Source: Dictyostelium discoideum
Lineage: Eukaryota
Assembly: GCA_000004695.1 (NCBI GenBank)
Contig: CM000153.2
Location: 3,840,001-3,904,000, forward strand
Direction of reading: 5' to 3'
Length of the DNA: 64,000 nt
Position 1 is the stretch's first letter; the number at the start of each line of letters is the position of its first letter. The notes below the pieces were generated by a model. It was not told the DNA's origin and did no database searches. It saw nothing but the letters and a program-made list of their open reading frames with translations. Shown in pieces: positions 1 to 12,702 of this stretch. The position numbers were made by a program, and so were the translations under genes.

Positions 1-60
1 TATTAGTACCTGATTATATTTTATTAAAATATATATTTATTTATTTATTTATAAACTTAC

Positions 61-504
61 TTTTTGATTACGTGGTATTTTGCAATCCATAATATCAATT
101 CCAATTGAATCAGATATTAATGAACCAATTCCAATCACCCAATTTGAGTCATGTGAAATATTAAATGAGAATTTATTAGAAATTGTTGTTGTTGTTGATA
201 GATATGGTTTGTTTGATTGTGTTCTTTTAAATTTTATTGAATTATAATCTAATGATAACATTTTATTAACTAATTCAATCATTAATCTTCTACCGATAAT
301 CGATGATTTTGCACTATCATTGTCTTTACCAATTAACCAACTTCCATCTTTATTTGGTCTTTTGAAATTACTAATTCTATTACTTTCAATAGGATCATTT
401 ATAAAATCATTAATTTCTTTCCACTCAATATCATTTGGTTTCCATTTTGAAATATCAAACCCTAATAATAAAATATTTACTAATTCTTTTTCATTTTGGT
501 TCAT
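61..504 (-). CDS. 4'-phosphopantetheinyl transferase (AASDHPPT/Lys5/Sfp-type), N-terminal coding exon; remaining 3' exon(s) lie beyond the window start
   Basis: ORF 49..504 (-). The segment '...SSIIGRRLMIELVNKML...NKPYL...FSFNISHDSNWVIGIGS...IGIDIMD' aligns with the conserved PPTase core (human AASDHPPT 'GKPVL...FNFNISHQGDYAVLAA...VGIDIMK'). A minus-strand GTAAGT donor (plus 'acttac' at 55..60) sits directly after ...GIDIMDCKIPRNQK, so the ORF tail 'VSL*' is intron read-through. The W/FxxKE(A/S)xxK motif expected downstream is not in the window. Confidence 0.6.
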
Positions 505-552
505 TATTATTATTATTAATATTATTATTAATAAAGGAAAATAAATAAAGGG

Positions 553-603
<51 letters not shown>

Positions 604-1365
604 GGTTTGTGTGGTTAAAAATAAATTAATATGAAAATATTTAAAAAATAAAAAAAAAAATGATTTTGACTTTTTTTTTTTTTTTTTTATTTTTTATTTT
701 TTCTAAACGAGATCAAAGTGAATTACTATCTCATTTATCCAGATAATCTTAGAGTATATTAATACTCCAATTTTTTATCATTTTTAAAATAAAAATAAAA
801 ATTAAAAAAAATCACATTGTGAATTAATGTTGACATATCAAAAATTATTTTAAATTTGCAAAAAAAAAAAAAAAAAAAAAAAAAATTTAATTTCCATGAA
901 TCAAATTGTTTATTAAAAATATTGAAGTTTGTGTGTGTGAGAGTGTGGTTTTAATCTTTTAAAATTAAAATCCTAATCAATGGATCATTTTTTTAATATT
1001 AAAAATTTATTTTATAATTATTTAATTATTTAATTTTATTTTTTTTTTTAAAAAAAAAAGAAAAAATAAAAAAAAAAAAAAAAATTTATTAAATATTTTT
1101 ATTTTTATTTTTAAAAATATAATATAATCAATAACAAAAACCTATCACGAATTCTCACTTTGGTTTTTTATTTATTTTTATATATGAAATAAAAATAAAG
1201 TTTAGGGGGCGACCTGGAAAAAAAAAAAAAAAAAAAAATTTTACCTTATTGATAAGTTATTTTGATATTGTAAGTTAAATTCAAATTAATACATATTAAA
1301 ATGTTTATTGATTTGGTGTTGGTGGTAATAGTGGTTTGTTTTCCATCAACAAAAAGTATTTATTT

Positions 1366-1399
<34 letters not shown>

Positions 1400-2190
1400 T
1401 ATTATTATTTTTTTTTTTAAAAAAATATTTATTATTTCACTCACTCTCACTCTCTTTCTCTCTGTATTTATGATGTTTTTTGCAAGAAATTATAAATAAT
1501 TGAATCTACCCCTCACATAAATAGAAAAAAACACACTCACAAAATCTAATAAAATACACAAAAAAAATAAAAAATAAAAAAATAAATAAAAAAATAACAC
1601 CCCCCAACTCATATCAAAGATAAAGAATATTTAAATCTTTTTTTGTATTTTCAAAAAAAAAATTCATTTATTTTTTATAATAAAATAGAACACATAACAA
1701 TATTTTTTTTTATTTGTAGTAATATTTGTTAATTCTAATATTATTTTATATTGAATTATTTTTTATATGTAAAGTAATTAAAATTTTTTATAATTATTAT
1801 AACCTTAATTTATTTTTAAAATTATTTTTATTATTATTATTTTTTATTTTTTATTTTTATTTTCAAAATTAATTTTTATTTTTTATTTAATTGTTCACAA
1901 ACACATTTAACAACCTATTAAAAAAATTTTAAATTTTAAAAATTATAATATAAAAAATTTTAATAATAATAATAAAAATAATAATAATAGTAGTGGTACC
2001 ATTTTAAAAAAATTTATATTTATTTATTTTATTTCAAATAATTTTTAAAATTTATTTTTTTATTTAATTTAATTTTAATTATTTTTAATATTTATTCTAA
2101 TCTATTACCAATTTTTTTTCTTTGTTAAATTAATTTCGAATTTTAATACAGATAAAATACAAATTAAAAAAATAATAAAAAACACAATAG

Positions 2191-2241
<51 letters not shown>

Positions 2242-2245
<4 letters not shown>

Positions 2246-2530
2246 ATTCTACAAATACAATTTCGTTTTGTTGTGTTTCATGTGATGTATCATTATATGG
2301 CGATGTGGTTCAAGGATTTGAAACATTATTACCATGTAACCATACATTATGTAATGAATGTGAAAAAGAATCATTAGCAGTTAAATCTTGTAAATCATGT
2401 TGTTCAGACATTTTATATCATTTTCCAAATAAATATTTAAGACAATTATTAATTTTAAATCAAAAACAATTACAACAACAACAACCTCAACTTAATCAAC
2501 AACATCAACAACAAATTCCACAAGAACAAG

Positions 2531-2592
<62 letters not shown>

Positions 2593-4554
2593 ACAAAAAA
2601 ATCAATTTCAATATATTCAGAAAAACGTCATAGTTCAGAAGCAAATCAAAGTAGTTTTGTAATTTCAAAATCTAGCGATAAAATAGGAAAATCACCATCG
2701 CCTTCATCATCGTCATCATCATTTTCATCATCACCGCAATCATCACAAAGCGCAGAAGGTTCAGAGATTGATAGTAATGAAGAAGAGAATGATATTTGTA
2801 ATCAACATAATAAACAATTGATATCGTATTGTTTAGATTGTAATTGCAATATTTGTCAAGATTGTATAGATCAAATTCATAAAGAGCATAGAGAATTACA
2901 AATTGATAGAAATACGATCAATCAATTTGTTTTAGATGAAAGATCATACTTACAACAACAAAATCAAGTTCATAACCCATATTTAACACCTCAACAACAA
3001 CAACAACAACAAAATTCATCATTAGATCATCAGCTATTTGAATTGGTTAAACAGATAAAGTTATCAAAAGTTTTTAAACAACAATCTATTAATCACTACT
3101 CTGGGGAGTTTAAAAAGGTTCAAGACGAATTCCATGTCTATAAACAATTGATTGAAGAGCGTAGATTATATTTATTGAAATTCATAGAGAATCAATTCAA
3201 ATCCGAGCAATTACAATTGGATGAGCAAATTAAAACCTTGGAAAATCAAGCAGATATCATAAAGAAATGTTTAACAGATATTAAATCCCAAGATAAAAAT
3301 AAATTAAAAATAGTTAGAAACCTCTCAAAAATTAATATTAAATTAACGAAAATGGTAATCAATTCAAATAATGTAAACAATTATCAATATATTCCACCAT
3401 CGATTGCAAATCCAGATTTAGTTTCAATGTCTGATAAATTAAGATCATTGGGTAGAATTAATTATTCATTTAAAGATAATCAACATTTATTGGCTTTATC
3501 AAAGGAGAGATCATTCCAATTCGATATTGATTCAAATCATTTCCTTCCCTACAGTGAGCACCATCATGATAGTAATCCAATGAAAGATACTATACTTGCT
3601 TATAAAGTTATATCCTATCATGATATTTCCAATGGTAATCAAGTTAATAATTGTTTAGTCACAATTTCGGAGAATCAAAAATCTGGACAAATTGAAATCT
3701 CAAAACTTCAAGTGAAATCAAATCAAATTCAATCGAAAATAGTTGTACCATTGAAATCGTTTAAAACAAATTGCTCAGCTTGTTTCACAAGTAGTTTTAA
3801 CTCTGCCGCCACTTCTTCCACCACTGTTGCGAATTATGAAATGTTTTTAATTGGTGGTATCAATCATAAATCTAAAGATCTTTTAAAAGAAATAGATAAA
3901 TATAATTTACAAACCAACAAATACGAACCAATGGTTGCAACATTATCAAAACCTAAATATGGTTGTTTAACTTGTTTCGATGGGTCTCGTTATATTTATA
4001 TCTTTGGTGGTATTTTCAAATCACTACAATTAAGTAGAGCTTTCATTGAAATTGAAAGATTGGATATCACCACCAATAAATGTGAAATCATATCAAAGTT
4101 TCAAGATCCTGATCTTTTAGATTTCAGTAAAAGCCCATTAATTGCATGTCATTTTCATTCAAACTTTATTTATTACTTGACCAATAAATCATTCAAAAGA
4201 TTTAATCTTTCCAAGAATACTTTTGAAAATTTGGATTTCCCAAATCCAACACTATATGGCGATGTTGCCAATATTAATGGTTCAATATCTTTGATGTACG
4301 ATTCTGGTAGATTCATTCTATTATTTAATGATAATATTTTCCTATTCCCACTCTCTCAATTAAAACCTACTGATGTTGCTCCATTGAAATGGTATCCAAA
4401 ATATACTAAAATTAACTCTACTGATTTCACCTCCTCTTCAATGTCTTGCTTAAATTTAATTGGTTCAAAACAATCTTGGCAACAACAATCTCAAAATCCT
4501 TCTTATTTAGTTCAAAACTTACATGGTTTATTAATTTATAATGAAACTCATTAA
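2242..4554 (+). CDS. RING finger / B-box / coiled-coil (TRIM-like RBCC) protein with poly-Q tract and C-terminal kelch-like (GG-containing) repeats
   Basis: ORF 2242..4554, 770 aa, ATG directly after a 50-nt poly(A). C3HC4 RING: 'CVSC-x17-CNHTLCNEC-x9-CKSC'. B-box2: 'CNQH-x7-CLDC-x4-CQDC-x4-HKEH' (C-x2-H-x7-C-x2-C-x4-C-x2-C-x4-H-x2-H). Heptad-rich region 'DEFHVYKQLIEERRLYLLKFIENQFKSEQLQLDEQIKTLENQADIIKK'. C-terminal 'FLIGGINHK...YIYIFGGIF' is repeat-like. (CAA)n encodes Q25. Confidence 0.6.
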
Positions 4555-5014
4555 AAAAAAAAGAAAAAAAAAAAAAACAACAACACCTGTATATAAATTC
4601 TTTTTTTAAATTACCTCTATCATATCATTTATTTATAATAAAATAAAAATTATGTAAATATCATAATTTTTTTTTTACTCAAAATTAAAAAATTATATAA
4701 TGTTAGGGAATTTTTAAAAATTTGTGATCAAAATAATGGAAAATACTAAATGCCATATCTCATTTTTAATATTTTTTATTTATTTATTTTTTTAGTTTTT
4801 TAAAATTTGTAATAAAAACAATTTAAAATAAAAAAATTTAATAATCTTTTTTATTATAATAAATTTAAAATTAAACAAAAATTATTAATTTTAATATTAT
4901 TTTTTTTTTTTATTTTTATTTTTTAAATACACTAAAATAAAAAAAATAAAAAATTGGATATTTTTAAAGTTTCAATTTAAACTACTAAATTTTTAATAAT
5001 TAAATTTTGTTTGA

Positions 5015-5047
<33 letters not shown>

Positions 5048-5152
5048 TATTATTATTTCGTTTTGTTTTATAATCAATTGGTACCAATGAATTGTCTACT
5101 CTCTTTGCAGCCGATACTACTGCATTACATAGTCTTAACCAGTGAAGTTTAT

Positions 5153-5398
5153 TTACAGTTGGTAATAAATCTCTAATTGAATAATATTCATCTGTACCAA
5201 AGTTTGACTTTTTTGACAATCCAAAAGGACCAAGAAAGCAAAAAGTAAAGCATATTCTACAACATATCTCGCTTTTGTGGGATAATCTGGTAACATGTCC
5301 ATATCTTTTCCGGTTCTACTAATCATCTCTCTTAATCTATTTGCATCTATACCTAAAAAATAACTATTTACTAATGTTGATAAATTTGTTTCATCCAT
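5153..5398 (-). CDS. hypothetical small protein (81-aa ORF; 3' end uncertain, possible unrecognised intron)
   Basis: ORF 5153..5398 (-) 'MDETNLSTLVNSYFLGIDANRLREMISRTGKDMDMLPDYPTKARYVVEY...'. The first ~55 codons use A/T-ending codons typical of Dictyostelium coding DNA. The last ~25 codons (CTT/TTG/GTC-rich, T-tract then 'tacag') look like intron. No recognisable family from sequence alone. Confidence 0.3.
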   Translation of the reverse strand: MDETNLSTLVNSYFLGIDANRLREMISRTGKDMDMLPDYPTKARYVVEYALLFAFLVLLDCQKSQTLVQMNIIQLEIYYQL

Positions 5399-5827
5399 TT
5401 TTTTCTATTACTTTCTTTTTTATTGTTTTTTTCTTTGAGACAGCTGTGAAGTAAGTAAGCCAATATAAAATGTTTGTTTTTTTCTTGTGTTTTTTTTTTT
5501 TTTTAATTAATTATATTATATTATTAAAAATAAAAAAAAATAAAAAAAAAAGAAAAAAAAAAATTATTTCCAATCCTCTTTCCTATTTCATTTTTTTGAA
5601 TAATTCCCATTTTTGGAACTTTATTTTTAATAATATAAAAATACACCCCGCCGAAAATTTTATAAAATATTTTCAATATTTTTTTTTAAGTTTAAAAAAT
5701 TTTCCCCCTTTTTTTTTCAATTTTTTATTTTTTTTTATTTTTTTTTTTTTTTTATTTTATTTATTTGTTTATAAATTTTTTTTTGTGTGTATTTATTTCT
5801 TTATTGAATTAAAAATAATACCACACA

Positions 5828-8163
5828 ATGGCAAAAAAAGCAAATAAAGAACAATCACCAAAAAAAACTTCACCTACATCATCACAAGGCTCGACTGCGA
5901 CAAAGAAAAAAACGAAAACATCTGAACCAGCAGGAACTGTGAGTAAATAAATTTATCATTCCAATCTTTTTATAAACATTTTTTAATTTTTTTTTTTTTT
6001 TTTTTTTATATATATAAAAAATAGGATATTAGAAATTTCTTTGCAGTAATTAAACCATCAACTAGTGGTGAAAATGTTAAAAATGATTTATTTAGCAAAG
6101 CAAAAGAGGATAGTAATAAAGAATTTTCATTGTCAGACAAAGAAAATGATGATGTTAAAATCATTAGCAACAAAAAAGATACAACTAACAATGATAAAAA
6201 GAAGCCATCAGAAAATAAATCACCTAAAAAGAAAGAACCATCAAAATCTATTGATTTAACTTCTGATGAAGATAAAAGTTCAAGTGAAGAAGATAAAAAG
6301 AAACCATCTTCATCTTCTTCTAAAAAGAAACCATCATCTTCATCTTCTTCTTTACCAAATAAAAAAAAATCAACATTAAAAAGATTAAAGAAAAAAAGAG
6401 ATGATTCTTCATCATCATCATCATCATCAGAGTCAGATTTTGATTCAGGTTCAGATTTAGATATAGAATCAATAGACCAAAAACCAAAAACGATAACAAA
6501 AAAAAAGAATTTAAAAAGAAAATCAAAACCAGATTCATCCTCGTCAAGTGAGGATGAAACTAAACATCAAAAAGATAAGAAAATTAAATTAAAAACACCT
6601 GAAAAAAAAATAGAAGAACCTGAAAAGAAAGTAGAAATACCATCATCAACTTCATCAATATCATCTTCTCAAAAGAAAATTGTTTATTCATTTGAAGATT
6701 CAGAAGATTCAGATGCTGATAAACCGATTCCACCTTCTAAAAAACCTTCAGCAGTAGTTGTAAATGCACCCTCAACAAAAACATTTGAAAAGAAAAAAGA
6801 AAATACTGATATACCACCATCACCATCAAAAACAAAAGAAACAACTTCAACAACTACTGATACAAAACCCATAAAATCACCAAGTAAATCAAATAAAAGT
6901 ACAACACCAACAACAACAACACCAATAACAACAGAAAAGAAAAAAATAGCACAACTTGAATTTGAATCACCAATAGTTTCAATAACAGCAATTGATACAG
7001 AAAAGAAAAAAGATGGTAATAAAGATAATAAAAATAAGGAAAAAGATAAAGATTCATCACCATTTGATGAAATGGAAATTGAGGAATCAAAATCCAAAAC
7101 CATTATGCCAAATAATAATAATAATAATAAATCAAAAGAATCATCAAGTTCAACTACAAATAGTAAAAATAATACATCAATGAATGATGATTTAATATTT
7201 GATGATTTTGCGTTTTCACCAATTAAATCAGGTTCAAATAAAACAACTCCATCTAAATCAACCTCTTCTCCATCTAAAGAAACTACACCAATTAAAACAA
7301 GATCAAAAACTGTTGAATCTAAATTTGATGATGATTCAATATTTGATTCTCCTGATAAAAAAACTACAACTACCACTGCCTCTAATACAAAAACTAAAAC
7401 ACCTCCATCAAAGAAAGATAAATTCAATCATGATATTATTTTCGAGGAAAGTGATACACCACTTAATCGTGCTATTGAAGATTCTATTGTAAAGAGATCA
7501 TTGTCAGGCTTAAATAATATTGATAAAGATTCAAAAACTACAACAACAACAACAACAGAAAAAAAACAAAAACTAAAATCAGACCCATTTGATACTGAAA
7601 CCGAAGAAGAAACAGAAGATGAAGGTGATGAACCATTATATAAACAACAATCATCATCATTTGGAAGTGGTTCAATTAATCCAACCGCCACACCAACTAC
7701 ACCAACAAAGAAACCAGCAGCCACATCAACAAATGCAACACCAACTAAAAAACCAAATCCATTTATGTACATGAATGGAAGACCAACACCACCAAATAAA
7801 GGTTCAAAACCAAGACCTCAGGGTAAAGAAAATTGTCTTAGAGGTAAAGTATTTTTGGTTAGTGGTGTAATGGATTGTTTTGAAAGAGATGAAATGCATG
7901 ATATCATTAAAAGATGGGGTGGAAAAGTTGCAAAATCTGCCGTTAAACTTTTGAACTATTTAGTTAGTGGTAAAGATGTTGGTGAAAAGAAGTTAGAGGG
8001 TGCTAAAAAAGTTGGTGCTAAAATTATTACTGAAGATGAATTTTTAGAAATGATCAATAAAACTTTACCAAAACCAGTTTCGACAACTGAAACTACTCAT
8101 ATTTCCTTACCAACTCCAACTCCAACTCCAACTCCAACCCCAGCATCATCATCATCATCATCA

Positions 8164-8198
<35 letters not shown>

Positions 8199-10119
8199 AA
8201 ATTCCACAGGAATAAAGGGACCATCATTACCAGTGAGATCTGGTAGTGGTGGAAGTTCAACAGGAATTAAAGGACCATCATTACCTGTGAGATCTGGTAG
8301 TGGTGGAACGACATCATCATCACCACCTTTAACTTTTACGTCATCACCTCCAACTTCAACAACCACCGCAACAACAACAACAACATCATCACCACCAATT
8401 AGTATGGCTTCGGTAATTGTGCCAAAATCAATTTCAACAATACCAAAAGGACATGATATTTTATGGGTAGAAAAATATAGACCAAAAGTAATTGAAGATA
8501 TAGTTGGTAATCCAGGTATTTTCCAAGAGTTTGGTAAATGGTTAGATCAATGGAACTCTACAGCACCAAGAGATGCAAGTAAAAAGAATGCAGTTTTATT
8601 ATCAGGACCACCAGGTATTGGTAAAACTTCAGCAGCTTTATTAATTTGTAAGCAAAAAGGCTTTGAAGCAATTGAATTGAATGCAAGTGATGCAAGAAGT
8701 AAATCAGAGATTAAAAGATTATTATCTGGTGTATCAGATAATCAAAACATTACCAAATTCTTTGGTACAACCAATCAAGACACTGGTAAAGATGTACAAG
8801 CCAATAAAAAGATTAAAACTGCCATTATTTTAGATGAAATCGATGGTTCAAGTGGTAACTCAGATCGTGGTGGTATTGCAGAGATCATTGGTTTAATTAA
8901 GAAATCAAAGATGCCATTCATTTGTTTATGTAATGATTACTATAGTTCAAAGGTAACCTCTTTGAGAAACCATTGTATGGATTTGAAATTAAGGAAACCA
9001 ACACTCAATCAAGTCTCCTCAAGATTATTGGCAATTGCAAAACATGAAGGTATGAAAGTGTCCTCCTATATGATCGAAAAAGTTTATACTTCAAGTCATT
9101 CAGATATTAGACAATCTATAAATACCCTTCAAATGATGTCTCGTTCAAAGAGAGATTATAACAATGACAATGTCACTCAAAGCCTTCAAGAGAAAGATTT
9201 CGATATCTCTCCATTCACAGCCGCTGAATTAATCCTTCGTGAAGATAATAGTAATATCAATAAGAAATTGGATTATTTCTTCTCTGATTTCTCTTTGGTA
9301 CCATTAATAATTCAAGAGAACTATTTAAAAACTAGACCTTATGGTGGTGGTAGTCAATCAAAATATAATGATTGTGAATTGATTTCAATGGCCGCCGATG
9401 CATTAAGTGATTCCGATCAATTTGGAAGAGCCATAGGTAAGGAAATGGCTTGGAATTTATTACCAACTTATGGTGTCACCTCTTGTATTATTCCATCGGG
9501 TTATATTAGAGGTAGTCCACCAATGCCATTGTCTTTCCCTTCTTACCTTGGTAAATATTCAAATGCTTCAAAACAACAACGTTTCGTTAGAGAATTACAA
9601 TTACATATGAGATCAACCAGTAATACATTTGTAAATCGTGATGAAACTAGACTTTACTATGTACCAATGTTAAAACATCATTTAATTCAACCTTTGGTTC
9701 AAGATGATAATGATGGTATTGAAAATGTTATCAATGTAATGGATGAATATGGTTTAACTGAAGATGATAGAAATAACATTATCGAACTTTCAACATGGGG
9801 TAAAGAGGATCCACTAAAAGATGTTAAAACTCAAGTTAAATCTGCATTCACTAGAAAATTCAGAAGTACCTCCCATGCAATCTATGATGTTTCATTATTA
9901 TCTTCAAAGGGTTCTGGTGGAGGAGGAACAAATATCGCTGAAGGTTATGAAGAAGTTGAAGGTGAATCTCAAAATCAAATTGAAGAAGAAGATGAAGAAA
10001 CTGAAGAAAAAGATTCTCTTCCAAATTTAGTTAAAAAATCTTCGGTTAAATCAAAATCAGATACAAAACCAAAATCAACAAAATCAAAATCAACAACAAC
10101 AAAATCTAAAAAAAAATAA
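5828..10119 (+). CDS. rfc1: Replication factor C large subunit (RFC1); join(5828..5938,6025..10119)
   Basis: Exon 1 ATG 5828 '[37 protein letters not shown]', then GTGAGT donor at 5939. Acceptor 'aaaatag' ends at 6024, in frame with ORF 6130..10119. BRCT domain '[32 protein letters not shown]...'. RFC box/AAA+ '[17 protein letters not shown]...[18 protein letters not shown]...ILDEIDG'. Long K/S/T/E-rich N-terminal extension. 54-nt perfect tandem duplication at 8206..8313. Confidence 0.85.
8206..8313 (+). repeat. Perfect 54-nt tandem duplication inside the rfc1 coding sequence (encodes [16 protein letters not shown] twice)
   Basis: 'acaggaat(a/t)aa(g/a)gga ccatcattacc(a/t)gtgagatctggtagtggtgga' occurs twice, 54 nt apart. 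Confidence 0.8.
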
Positions 10120-10258
10120 ATTTAGAATTTCTTTGTAGGGAATTTTAAAAATTAAATAAAAAAAAATTATTAAATATTTGACAAATATTTAAATTTAATT
10201 ATATTTAAATACATTTTTATTATTATTATTTTTATTTATATTTTTTTTTTTTTTTTTT

Positions 10259-10629
10259 TTAATTTCTAACAGCACTTGGGAAAGGATGAGAGAAAGATTG
10301 AGAATACTTTTTATAATTTTCTTCTTGTTGAATGAATTGATTACAAATTTGAGCTAAATGTTGTTCATCTTCACGTAATCTTTCTTTAGTTGTTTGAATT
10401 TCAAAGATTTCCTCTAACATGGCATCGGATAATTTTGTAATATTATCTTGAATGTTTAATTTAAGATCCATTTGCATTGGAATTAAAAAGTAGTTATAAC
10501 ATTTTAACATAATATTCTTTGACATTCTATTACGAATATCTTGGAATAATTTTGAAGCTAATTCAGTTACCATTGTATGAGTTTCTTTTGGATTTAAAAT
10601 ATGATTGCTATTATTATAATTGTTGTTAC

Positions 10630-10660
<31 letters not shown>

Positions 10661-12702
10661 TGGAGTAGTTGATTTATTATTATTATTTAAACTATTATTT
10701 AATGAAACACAAGGTGAATCAGTACAGAATTTCTTTAAATCTTTATTCGATTGAAGATCCCAATAGATTAAACGAGTTGTATAGAATTCATCCATACATT
10801 TATTTTTACAGTCAGCAGCAATTTGATCGACATACTTAAAGTACATTTCTTTTACACTGTAGATAAAGTATGGATGATCTTCGACATTGACGATAGTATT
10901 CTCATGGGATGGACGAGAAACACTATCAGAACCATTGATTGATTGAATACCATAGATCATATTCTCAGATGATAGAGAGGCAGATTGAGAGATTGAAGAT
11001 GATTGTGATTGTGATTGGGATGATGGTGAACTATTATCTTGGAATAAACTTGTACTATTACCATGACGACGGAAAGATGACTTCTTTTTATTTTCAATCA
11101 TACGATCTACAATATCAACTAAACGACGTAAAATATAAGTGGCTCTCTTGAATAGTTGATCAACCAATGGTAATAAAGCTTCTTTGATCTTCTTTTGAGC
11201 TAAATCAGAAGCAGCCCAAGCGATTACAGAAGCATTGGATGGACGATTTGAACCAATGGCGCAAGCTACCTCACTAATGGACAATTCCTCTAATTGAATG
11301 ACCTCTGTGATACACTTGAATTCAGTTAATAATCTTTCAAATTGTTGACCACCATAGAGTTTATTATCATAAAAAGTGACCAATTTTTCATCGTTCAACA
11401 ATAGTATTGGTTTACCATTGTGATCATACCAATCACCGGTTTCATCTTGAGATTTCTCTTCTTCTAAAGTTTGACCATTTAATGATGGATTACCTTCGAG
11501 TGTACGGGTGACCAATTTTTCAATGCATTGAATAAACTCTATTGATACGTAAGAGTTTGCAATTTGACGTAATGTTACGGCATTGGTTCTCTCTAATTGT
11601 TGTCTAATTTGATAGAGTTGATCTTCAGAGGTTGTACGGAAAGAATTTAATCTCTTCAATACCTCTGGTACAGAATCTAAATATTTTCTCCAAGTGAATT
11701 CACTTATCCAATGTCTAAAAGCTGATAGACCTACATTACGTTCATATTTCTTATCGAATTGTAATTGCTCCAAGATGTTGAGATCTGTTTGTTGAAGTTG
11801 ATCACAAAGTTGACTTAATTGATCCTTTGAGTTACATTGAGATCTTTGAGCAGTGGATGGTAATGTTGTGAAAAAGGTTGGAGCACCAATCGATGGTGAA
11901 CCCAAGAAACGATTGGCATCTCTACCATTGGTGAATGGTTGATCACCAGTTAGAAGAGAATGGAATTTATTGAAAACAAAGATTGAACGATCCAATTTAT
12001 AATCTAATTTCTTTGCCAATTCTAACATCTCTGAACTATTGGTACCACCATTGGTGCTTGTCTCAACGAATACCAATGTACGATTATTTGATTTAGTATA
12101 TTGAGTGATCATTTCACCCATTTCATTACCAATTGATAATTTTGCAATCTTATTTGCCAATTGATTGGCTGGACTTGTCATTGATTGACCTTGAATTGTA
12201 ATTGCATTTGTTGGTTGAATCGATACCGATGGTGGTTCAATCAATAACATATTCAAATAATATCTATACTCTATGGTAATTTCAATTGGAATCGATGTCT
12301 TTTGATTTCTTTTACTAATTTCACTCGATACCATTGACAATTCAATTTGTCTATCAAATTCATAACTATCCAATGATCTATCTCTCTTAAAGGTAACTAT
12401 TGGTTCTTCACATCTTGCATTATTCATTAAAGTAATATGTAATGGTCTTAAACTACTACCTTCACCAATCATCATTGGAAATCCAATAAATGATTCAATT
12501 AATGCACTTTTACCATTACCATCTTTACCAATAAATACAAATTCTGGTGTTTCAATAAATGCATTTAAACTATTATAATAATCGTTTAAATTAATAATTT
12601 AGTTATAAAATAATAATAAAAAATAAAAAAATAAAAAAAAAAGATTTAGAAATTAACTTACTCTCTTGCAAGTACCATAATTTTATTGTAAGCTTTATAC
12701 AT
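10259..12702 (-). CDS. Dynamin-superfamily (dynamin-like) large GTPase, divergent; join(10259..12569,12662..12702)
   Basis: ORF 10259..12475 (-) extends upstream to an acceptor ('tataatag', AG at 12571..12570). 41-nt 5' exon from ATG 12702 'MYKAYNKIMVLARE' ending at GTAAGT donor (12661..12656); the junction codon is GA|T. N-terminus 'MYKAYNKIMVL...FVFIGKDGNGKSALIESFIGFP..GEGSSLRPLHITL' parallels dynamin 'MDQLIPVINKL...[40 protein letters not shown]'. Middle 'LVFVETSTNGG...LELAKKLD...SIFVFNKFH' parallels 'ILAVTPAN.DLANSDALKLAKEVDP...TIGVITKLD'. An alternative 20-nt upstream exon (12849..12868, 'MDRQSVV', GTATGT donor) is possible but less parsimonious. Confidence 0.6.

Noticed and set aside
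5470-5847. 125-aa poly-Phe ORF upstream of rfc1
   Set aside because: Translation of T-rich promoter/5' UTR; no coding codon bias. The real rfc1 exon 1 starts at 5828 in another frame.
6684-7772. Several minus-strand ORFs (247, 114, 78 aa) inside rfc1
   Set aside because: Antisense translations of Lys/Ser/Thr-rich low-complexity coding sequence (Phe/Val/Leu/Ser-rich, no starts in context). They overlap a well-supported plus-strand gene.
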